From assembly GCF_006345805.1 (NCBI RefSeq), contig NC_043008.1, positions 34,968,001-35,032,000 of the forward strand: a DNA stretch of 64,000 nt. The letters are read 5' to 3'. This DNA is from Octopus sinensis. Its lineage: Eukaryota. Shown piece after piece: positions 53,627 to 64,000 of this stretch (position 1 is the first letter of the stretch; each line of letters opens with the position of its first letter). The translations under genes were made by a program, and so were the position numbers. Under the pieces are notes generated by a model. It was not told the DNA's origin and did not search any database. It saw only the letters and a list, made by a program, of their open reading frames with translations.

Positions 53627-54309
53627 TACACAGAGAGAAAAAACAAATAAAAACGGTAAAAATAATTTTGTTTTCTATTCTTTAGCTGTCGCCATTAATC
53701 AACAAAGATATCCTGGTTGAGGGCAAAATATGCTTCGCAAGAATTCATTATTTGATCTTCAAATGATTAGACTATTGCTAATAGCAAAAGAATTTCATGA
53801 CAAGAAAATTAGATAGCTCGTTTGATATAGAAAGAAATATGTTTAGTTGTTTATTTGAGAGTAAAAAGCAATTACGTAAATGAAATAACGGTTTTTTCCC
53901 CTTAATTATGCAACACATAGTGAATATTAGCGAAGACCAAAAGGTATTTTCTTTACAAAAACGTAGTTAGAAATGTCTTCTGACTCATCAACGTTGATGG
54001 TTTATATTGATGTTGTAGTATAACAAAGGGCATGTCAACCTGGTGGGAATATCTTTCTGAAAGTTAAACCCGCGAGATAACTCGATTGCTTTCCTTCAAG
54101 CTAATGAAGGACTTATCAATTACAGAGTAGTTAGTGGATTTTGAATTTGTAGCGAGAAAATGCACTCCTTTGCAACATCTTTTTTTCCCCCTAGAAGTAG
54201 TTAGATAAATGACTTTGTATGAAATACGCTGCAACACCGATGCCAAATTAGTTTTTGATGGCCTTTCGAGCAAGTAACCAGAATTCTGCAAAACACGATT
54301 AGCTGCAAT

Positions 54310-54383
<74 letters not shown>

Positions 54384-54394
54384 GCACACACACA

Positions 54395-54427
<33 letters not shown>

Positions 54428-54611
54428 TGCAGGTGTATCACGTGTCCTTTGTGAAAATTTTAACGTAAAGGGTGGTAACTGAATATTGGAAATCATTTAG
54501 TTCGGCATTCTATTGATAATTCTAATTATGGTTTTTGATTTAGAGCGACAGTTTTGAGGTGATGGGGGATGTTAGTCGATAACATCGACCTAATAATAAT
54601 GATGATGATGA

Positions 54612-54790
54612 TGATTTCAAATTTTGGCACATGGCCAGCATGTTCGGGTGAAGGGTTAAATGGATTACATCGACTCCAGTACGTGACTGGTACTTATTTG
54701 ATAGATCATGGAAGGGTGAAAGGTAAAGTCGACTCGGCGGAATTTGAACTAAAAAAGTGAAAACGGACGAAATGCCGCTAAGCATTTTGT
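54612..54790 (-). mobile_element. SINE family B, diverged
   Basis: Matches consensus. Confidence 0.8.
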
Positions 54791-55029
54791 GCACTTCATT
54801 GTATTTTGTAATGTGCGTGATCTGGCAGTTCATGGAAAATATGTACTGCATGAAACCGGTATGGGGTGCGAAATAAAAGTTTGAGACTACTGACGTAAAG
54901 GAAAGATCTGTGACGGGAAAATGAAACAAAGAGCATGGTCAGAATGCTTCAAGTTCAATATTGTCATAAAATGAAATAAAATAAAATAAAATAAAATAAA
55001 ATAAAAAAAACCTTAGACAGAAAGAAAGA

Positions 55030-55900
55030 CGCCAGATACGAATCTGCAGAGAAACACTTTGAATTTAGAACCAGACAACATTTGCCTCCCTTTATACCTG
55101 TCAGACTGTCTCTTTTCTTTTACTTCTCCTTATTTTCGTTCAATCACATTTAAGGGAGTACCTAGACATTGATGAAATCATAGGAAGATGAAAAAAGATA
55201 GAGCGGCTCGAGAATATTATACCAGACTTAGAAAAATAAGGCAGTCGGAACTCTAGTCTTACAACAAGATAATATTCCACAATTTGGAATACCAATACTG
55301 AAGTCAATTTTTGGGATACTTGATTGATCTGTAGAAGAAATCCACAGCCATAGGAATTAAAACAAGCAAGATCCTGATATTAAATGGAAACTTCCACGGA
55401 GACAGAGAAATTGACAGGCTTTGCTTCAGAAGAGATGAAAAAGGAAAAGACTTTGGATCAGTGCAGACAGCCTTCCAATGTTGTATAGGCAGATATTGAT
55501 GTTTGGGGCACACAAGAAAAAGCAGAGAGGTTAGCTGCCCTGCTGATGTGAATATCTTCGAAAATCGAAGAGAAAAAGGATAACTGCTGCGAATCCGCCT
55601 GCTTCTACACCCAGATTACAAATTCACATCTATACCAATAATAATTGGTAGACTTGGTTTCAGGAATAACTGCCAAAGTAACAACCTGGATAAGCTGGGG
55701 GTTTTCAGAAAGAGAAATCAACCATTTAATTCACACATTACAAATACAATTTGTAAGCGGAACATTAAAAATATTCTAGACATTTCTTAAGTTTAAGATG
55801 TGAATTTGTTTTTGTTATCTACATTCCAGCTTTTGGGCTTTGTGCTATTGTTAGAAACAAGCCACTCGCTTACACGAAGATTGCAAATGGAAATAAAAAA
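55030..55900 (+). mobile_element. Degenerate RLE-type LINE C-terminal relic
   Basis: SCPADVNI...LLLHPDYKFTSIPIII...LDKLG...LIHTLQIQFVSGTLKIF*TFLKF. Confidence 0.7.
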
Positions 55901-56239
55901 TGGAAGGGAAAACACAGAGAAATAGAAATACATCTTTCAGTGAAACCTGTAACTCACTGAACCATTTAGACACCGCATTATTATAATTTTATCATTATAT
56001 TATATTACACTATATTATAGTATGCAGAATGAACTTAACGAAGACGATAGTTATTCGAGCTATGCCTACAGGAATGAGGTGTGAATTTGATGATAGAAAT
56101 ATACGCGTTTTAGAGCAGATCTACCACTGAGCTACAAATATATGTGCATACACAGAAATATTTCCCGTAAACACACACACACATGTATGTGTGTTTGTGT
56201 GTATATAAATATATATATATGTATGTATATGCATGAGTT

Positions 56240-56282
<43 letters not shown>

Positions 56283-56334
56283 CATCCTTGTCTAAATACA
56301 TTTTATCTTAACAATTCTGATGCGACTCTATTCT

Positions 56335-56527
56335 TCCTATTACTCTTTCGTTTTTACTCTCTTCTCCCACTATGCTATTCATTTACTCCTTCGTTTTTCC
56401 TTTCTCCTATTCTTTTACTTCCTCTTCTCCAACTATTCTATCCCTTTACTCTTTCGTTTTCTCTCTTCCTTTCTCTTATCATTTTACCTCCTCTTCTCCC
56501 ACTATTCTATCCCTCTACTCTTTCGCC
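56335..56527. repeat. ~65-bp pyrimidine-rich tandem repeat (3 units), abutting a SINE-A head (56530-56648, minus)
   Basis: ctcttctcccactattctatccctttactctttcg recurs. Confidence 0.75.
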
Positions 56528-56669
56528 TTTAGTCGGCCCAAGGCTGTAGTAGAAGACACTTTGCCCAAGGTGCCACGCAGTGGGACTGAACCCGGAACAA
56601 TGTGGTTGGTAAGCAGGCTACTACTTACCGCACAGACACTCCTGCGCCTTGCGTATATATCTATCTATC

Positions 56670-56787
<118 letters not shown>

Positions 56788-56789
56788 TA

Positions 56790-56821
<32 letters not shown>

Positions 56822-57048
56822 AGATAGATATATACATACATATATATAAATATACGTATACATATACATAAAATATTGGAAGATGAAGTTATAAATAACA
56901 GTATGGAAATATTGTGTTCAAAAACGATCATTCTATTCAAAAGGAATTCCCAACCCATTATTTAGAGCTTTATGTCAAGTGCTTCGAAATCCCCTATTCA
57001 AAAAATGAAGTATTTCAAGTCCTCTGGAATGTTTCTAAAATCCCTATG

Positions 57049-57614
57049 ACATGCAGGAAGTAAATAGACACCTTTAATTTTCAAAATTTCTGATCTAAGC
57101 GTCTTAATATGTTTTCAGCGGTGAATAATTTACAATTTAATTATTCTTTTTCATTTCAGGTGCCATTATATTACATATTTGCGAAGAGTAGCCATGCCAT
57201 GCACGAAAAATTCAGCAGAACTGTCAGATTTTCAAAGAGGTCGTATTTCTGGGCAATATGAGACGGGTCTTAGCCAACGAAAAATTGCCGAAAATATTCA
57301 AATTCCTCTTGCTACCTTTAATAAAATTATAGTGTAATTCAGAAGCCAAGGAAAAGGATCAACAGATTCTCGTCCCGGCCGACCTGGTCCCTCAGAAAGG
57401 AAGCTTCGCTGCTTGAAGAGAATTGTGGAAAACGAATCCTATTCGAAGGCTTTTGACATTACATAACAGCTAGAAGTTAGTCCAAGAACGTGTGTTACAT
57501 ATCTGCATAAGCTTGTGTATTATGGACAAGCAGCTAGAAGAAAACCTCTCCTTTAACCAATATTATCAAATAAAAGATTTTGAAAATTAAAGGTGTCTAT
57601 TTACTTCCTGCATG

Positions 57615-57615
<1 letters not shown>
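57049..57615 (+). mobile_element. Internally deleted Tc1 element with perfect 39-bp TIRs
   Basis: acatgcaggaagtaaatagacacctttaattttcaaaat at 57049-57087 and its reverse complement at 57577-57615; N-terminal transposase from 57194 (ELSDFQRGRISG...GLSQRKIA...GRPGP...YYGQAARRKPLL) with stops. Confidence 0.92.
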
Positions 57616-57646
<31 letters not shown>

Positions 57647-57699
57647 CATATATTAAATATATATATATATATACATATATATATAACATATATATACAT

Positions 57700-57751
<52 letters not shown>

Positions 57752-59149
57752 CATACATATATATGTATATGCGTGTGTGTGTATATATGTATTGCACATA
57801 ACGTAAGAAGATGGAGAACCTGTAATTTCCTATTCACAGTTGATAAAAGGTAAATCTTGCATTATTGATAGTTGTAATTTATCTTTCATACAGATATATA
57901 ATATATGAGTGCTTATCTACTAAATTCTGCTGGGTGTATAGGACAATATGTTCATACATTTATAATTCATATTTACCCATGTATATACATATGTATGCGC
58001 ATACTTAAATACGTACATATTTATCTGCAAATAGATACGTATATACTTACATGCCTACATATATTTCTTTCTTGAATGTGTAAATATATATATATGTATG
58101 TGTGTGTATGTCTACATATGCACAGAATCACATACACACAGAGACTCTCATAAATATATTCGTTTACACATACTGGATCTGTACATACACGTCGATGAAT
58201 CGAAATTTACAACTAGGAAACTAAAAAAGGAAATAAAAGGCGACAAAAATACTTCGCCTCAGAAAAACAAAATATATTGATATGAAAACACACAGAAGAA
58301 AAAACAGACAAACACATACAAACACACATACGTGTACATAGACACGCAAAGAAACACTCACACATATACATAAGAACATACTCTCATTCACCAATGAAAG
58401 AGAGGTGTTGCATTTCACTCGACCAACCCCACATGCAGACTCAAGCATATTGTGACATCGTGTCTGTCTAATATACAAAACAATGAAACGCAATGAAGAT
58501 ATGAATTGATACCATTCATAAACACATTGAGCTATAAAGAGACTCTTTATGCCAAATATTCACTTTACTAAAATATACCCCACCCTTTCGCATATACCAC
58601 CACAGCACTTTCTCCTAAGTACACGCTTTACCAGCGCTCTCCCCACCCTAACTGTTCATTGTCACCTAATTAAAGATACAATTGGGAATAATTGAATGAA
58701 AGATGCTTTTCTCTACAGCATTTGGACAATCGAACGCGGAATTCTTTGGGTGTTTTATTCAATAATAATATTCTAACAACAGTCTTATAACAGTCTATTG
58801 ACACTGGTTTTTATTTAAACTTTCTTAGAGAAGCTGGAATATTCATTTGTTTTATTTCTTTTTATTCCTGTGGAATGTATTGACTTTTATGGTCAATCAA
58901 AAGGAACTAATGTATTCGTTTCGTCTTTTTTCAGCTGATCACAGAATACGTAGGTGTGTGCCGCTCTTGTTTTTTCTCTCTTCATCTTTCTTTTTTGTCT
59001 GTGTGTCAGAGGGAGAGAGAGAGAGAGAGAGAGAGAGGAGAAGAGAGAGCGCTTGAGACTCGCATCTTCGTATATGTTGACACACACACATATCCATATA
59101 CACACATATAATATATATTTATGTAATATATATATATATATATATATAT

Positions 59150-59189
<40 letters not shown>

Positions 59190-59193
<4 letters not shown>

Positions 59194-59286
59194 ACATTTT
59201 CTATTTCTGAGCGTTATACTAATACATCTGTTTGTTTTGTACACCGCCTGTCTTCGTCTTTTGTTTTTTCCTTAAACTCTCCCCAT
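59190..59286 (+). mobile_element. ~100-bp TA-embedded element terminus
   Basis: Inverted homolog of 41495-41592. Confidence 0.7.
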
Positions 59287-59453
59287 ATATATATATATGG
59301 ATATATATATCTTTTAAAATTTGTTAACGGGAATCGTTTTGAATATGCAAATAAAGCTCCTATTTAATTATGCCGGCCACAGTCTAATGATGCTGACTTG
59401 TGAGCCAGTTATTTGGAGCTGCATCGATCTATACCGATATGATGTAGGATAAA

Positions 59454-59918
59454 TATAGTAATACCATCAATAATCCTTGAGTGAAATTTATAAACATTTA
59501 ATGCGTCGATACGTGCATATCCACAAATCACATCTCATCAGATCACAGTCCGTATTCCTGGAATAATTACAGTGTAGTCGGTAGTATCCTTAGGCATCGG
59601 GTAGATCATCTTCATGGATTCACTTCTTCAGGCGATATAACATTAATGGGTATTTAACAGAGGGTTGGTTATCCCTTTTGGTGGTGAGAAGGTTGGTTTA
59701 ATAACCCTCTCTTAAACGTCCATTAATGTTATATCGTCTGAAGAAATGAATGCATGAAGCTGATCTACCCGACGCCCACGGATACTACGGGACCATACTG
59801 TAATCATCTCAGGAATACGGACTGTGATCTGAAGAGACATGTGATTCGTGGGAATGCGCGTAGCGATGCGTTAAATGTTTATAAATTCTATCCAGGGATT
59901 ATTGCTATTATCACTATA
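59454..59918. repeat. Imperfect ~465-bp palindrome
   Basis: Arms of ~225 bp are complementary (e.g. cagatcacagtccgtattcctg / caggaatacggactgtgatctg) around a tiny loop near 59685. Confidence 0.9.
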
Positions 59919-60026
59919 CACACATAGATACAGACACATACAGACACAGACACAGACACAGACTCACACATACATATTTTTACATACATACATACATGCA
60001 TACATACATACATATATATATATATA

Positions 60027-60142
60027 CTGTTGTGTCTGAGGAGAGTCCTTTTCTTTTTGTGCCTTATAATGTAACACTCACCGCGGCGAGTGTGTTACAT
60101 TATAAGGCACAAAAAGAAAATGACTCTCCCCAGACACAACAG
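60027..60142. repeat. Near-perfect 116-bp hairpin in (TA)n
   Basis: ctgttgtgtctg(a/g)ggagagtc(c/a)ttttctttttgtgccttataatgtaacac... is mirrored; 3 mismatches and a 2-nt bulge. Confidence 0.92.
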
Positions 60143-60207
60143 AATATGCTTATATAAAGAACTCATATAAGATCTTGCAAACCAAAGCCAAAAACGAAAT
60201 ATATATA

Positions 60208-60287
<80 letters not shown>

Positions 60288-61049
60288 TATAATATGCTTA
60301 TGAAGAGGTTATTATGATGTTTTGTGCGTTTATAAAGTTTAACAGTTTAACTATTTTAGGAATGTTGTTGAATACAGAACTGCATACTTAGGAATAATAT
60401 TACCAGTTTATTCCCTGTCAGCCCTAATTGGCGAATAATTGATTAGGGTGAGAGTGGAGGGGGGAAATGACTGGAAAGCTTGCTGTGTATGTTTTCCCAA
60501 AATTCTTGTTTAGAGTGTAAGATAAATAAAAGAGACGCGCGAGAGAGAAAGAGAAAGAGAGAAAGAATGAAGAAGAGAGAGACAAAGAGGGAAAGAGAGA
60601 GAAGAGAAAGAGAAGTAACAGAAAGGGTTAAAGGGAGAGATAAGAACTTCCACAGTTGCTAAGTACGAAATATTACTACAAAGTCACGTAGAAAATTCCT
60701 TGTTCGCGCAGCATTCATTGATTTCTTTTTAGACTGGCATCAAAATGAGAAGAGAATCCATATTCGTTGCCAACACTACCAATATTCGTCTAGTGATAAA
60801 ATTCCAAAACTGCAGGCACGGCAAATATTTAGATTCAGTATCATGTGCCGACAAGGATTTAATTAATTTCGTTCACCTCTCTTGGAGATTTCTTTTGTAT
60901 TTTATTTCTGATACAAAATTATAATGAAAACACCCTGGATTGGTTCTGATTTCCAAGAGTGTAAAGATAGTATACTTTGTCTGTTTGTCTGATTTCCAGT
61001 CTGATTGACTGTATCTCTCTCTCTATCCGTCCATCTATGTCTGTCTGTC

Positions 61050-61151
61050 TGCCTGCCTGCCTGCCTACCTACCTACCTACCTACCTACCTACCTACCTAC
61101 CTACCTACCTACCTACCTACCTACCTACCTATCTACCTACCTACCTACTTG

Positions 61152-61210
<59 letters not shown>

Positions 61211-61289
61211 CTATCTATCTATCTATCTATCTATCTACCTACCTACCTACGAACCTACCTACCTACCTACCTACCTACCTACCTACTTG

Positions 61290-61349
<60 letters not shown>

Positions 61350-61405
61350 CCTACCTACGAACCTACCTACCTACCTACCTACCTACCTACCTACCTACCT
61401 ACCTG

Positions 61406-61476
<71 letters not shown>

Positions 61477-61490
61477 CTATCTATCTATAA
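61050..61490. repeat. (CCTA)n/(TCTA)n compound microsatellite with higher-order duplication
   Basis: Directly visible; the interruptions acttgtc and cgaac each recur twice. Confidence 0.92.
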
Positions 61491-61779
61491 ACGATTTTCT
61501 GAGGAACCATTTTAATAACCAGTGAGAGATGATATATTCTTGGAACAGCCAACATTTAGTTCATCTATACCAGAGTAGCACTGTAAGAAAGAATGGAACC
61601 AATCGATATGTTATTGGTTTTCTGACCAAAGACAGTAGACTATTTGTATTCCACAGTACAGCATCGCTTTTATAGTAAAGATAGCAGACTGTCGAAAAAC
61701 CAGTTCTCCTTACTTGTAAATTGTTATCATGGCATAGCAAAGCGCACCTGTCTGATGTTATTAATATTAGACTAATCGG

Positions 61780-61995
61780 AAGGCGAACTGGTAGAATCGA
61801 TAACATCCCGGAGAAAATGCTTAGTGGAATTTCGACCATTCTTATGTTCAGAGTTCAAGCTCCGTCGAGGTCGGCTTTGCCTATTATCTTCCGAGGCCGA
61901 TAAAATGAGTACTACTTGAACTCAAGGGATCGGTGTAACCGAGAAGCTATCTCCTCGAAAACTTTCAGGCCTTGTGCCTATAGTAGGAAGAATTA
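61780..61995 (+). mobile_element. SINE family B, diverged
   Basis: Matches consensus. Confidence 0.75.
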
Positions 61996-62169
61996 TTGTC
62001 AGCTTCATCAGTAGAAAATCTAGCACAATCATTAAAGCGTTGATAAAGTGCCTTGCTGTATTTATTCCGACTCTTTACGTTCTGTGTTCTAATCTTACCA
62101 ATTGTTCGAATGGCATCCCAGCTATGTTCATTCATTTCTTCTAGCTTTAGGACACTTTGTATCCAGAAT

Positions 62170-62384
62170 TATTTTCTACTCTAGGCACAAGGCCCCAAAT
62201 TTTTGGGGTGGGGCCCAGTCGATTAGATCGACCCCAGTACGCAACAGGTACTTAATTTATCGATCCCGAAAGGATGAAAGGCAAAGTCGACCTCGGCGGG
62301 ATTTGAACCCAGAACGTAAAGACTGACGAAATACTGCTAAGCATTTCACCCGGCGTGCTAACGTTTCTGCCAGCTCGCCGCCTT
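62170..62384 (-). mobile_element. SINE family B, full length
   Basis: Matches consensus. Confidence 0.9.
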
Positions 62385-62514
62385 TCTTCGGTTGTTTAAC
62401 CCAAGGTAAATCCTAACTAAGCAGATCTATGGTAAAATCCATTCCAGCCATGACCACCTCGTCCACTGCTTGCCCAGGACTATCGTACCTAATTTGTCCC
62501 CAACATTTTCATTT

Positions 62515-62700
62515 ATCTTTTATTTGTTTCAGTGATCGGGCTGCGGCCATGCTGGAGCACTACTTTGAAGGATCATAGTCGAACAAATCGATCCCAGTAC
62601 TAACTTTGCTTTAATCCTGGTACTTATTCTATCGGCATCTTTTGACGAACTGCTAGATTATGGGGACGCAAACAAAGCAACACCAGTTGTCAACTTGCTA
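62515..62700 (-). mobile_element. SINE family A, 3' half
   Basis: Matches consensus. Confidence 0.8.
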
Positions 62701-62865
62701 ATTTATACACACACACACATTCATATGTATATATACAATGTATATATATGTATGTAAACACACACACACATATATATTATATATATATACACACACACAC
62801 ATATAAGTATACATATATATATATATATATACATATATATATACACACACACACATATAAGTATA

Positions 62866-62903
<38 letters not shown>

Positions 62904-63283
62904 AACATGTGCATATATATATATATGAATATATATACATGTATATATGTATGTATATATGTGAAGATATATATAGTGTTTAATCCTACCTATATTTAGA
63001 TTGAATATTGTTGTAAATAGGGTAAATGTGTTTGAAAGTTGTGGGCTTTTTTGGTATGTTTGTTCCCAAACAACACTTCTTTTAGTACTGTTGACACCGC
63101 CGGATTGAATGGTACTGCCCAGGTGTCGAAACAATAATGATATCCGTGGGACAGCTGATGATGGAGGTATGTTGGATTGTTGGTATGGCTGTTTTTGTAT
63201 ATGTGGAATAGTGTTATACATACGTACGCACGTACATACATACATACATACATACATACATACATACATACATACATACATAA

Positions 63284-63314
<31 letters not shown>

Positions 63315-64000
63315 CATATACACACACATACGCAAATATATTGACTAAAAGATCAATTTTCGCAAGTGAAATATGCATATCGCTCTGTACGACTGCAACG
63401 ATGAAAGTAAGTTTTTTTGTCCCTAACAGGATATATTCAAGAATCATGGACCCGATATTTATAGAAAATATTATTTGAGAATCACATCCGTAAAAATTAT
63501 CCTGCAGGTCCCTAGGTTATAAAACTTGACAATGCTTTGCACAGCTTTTTGTATAAAATGTTATTTTCATTAATGTGTGCACCAGAAGCTATAAAGTCTA
63601 GACGTCGTTATGCTCACATTTGTTTTGTCATATTTAAGAAACAAGCAAGCAACATCAGTTTGAAGCGGAAAGATCAAACATATATTATGAATGAGGAGCT
63701 TAGACAGGGAAATGGTAATTTCTGTACGCATGAGCATATTGTTCCCGGAACGGAAACACCCACGTTTGTACCTATGTACATACACAACTATACAGACACA
63801 CGCCTAGTCATACGCATACACAGAGGTAGGCGCATACTGGAAAACATATTGTGACTTGTCGTATGTATTGCGGATGTAAGAAAGATAACATCACTATTAT
63901 ACAGATAGTGCAAAAACACTGTTTTTATTATATTGAGTGTGTGTGTGTGTGTGTATGTGTACACGTACATATATTTACATACACATCTTTAAATACATAT

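Overview
AT-rich, microsatellite-saturated animal DNA. From my recollection of the SINE and LINE families it most resembles an octopus (coleoid cephalopod) genome; this is not verified. The only credible host gene is a divergent rhodopsin-class 7TM receptor ORF (40184-41236, minus) bounded by splice signals. The rest is mobile DNA: about 30 tRNA-derived SINE copies from four families, R4/Dong-like and other RLE-type LINE relics (several in (TAA)n), a CR1-type endonuclease relic, two Tc1 relics, a mariner MITE, a Penelope-like GIY-YIG fragment and several minisatellites. Three signals stand out. (1) Several mutually unrelated elements embedded in (TA)n share a hammerhead-ribozyme core 50-190 nt from their end, often with long fold-back inverted repeats (Penelope/retrozyme-like). 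(2) An ORF1-only 1.6-kb retroelement sits in a SINE head with a 13-bp target-site duplication. (3) The GPCR has atypical activation motifs and an open frame from its UAG stop to a splice donor. Almost all ORFs in the supplied track are microsatellite artefacts. Coordinates of degenerate repeats are approximate, and family names are from motif recognition, not database searches.
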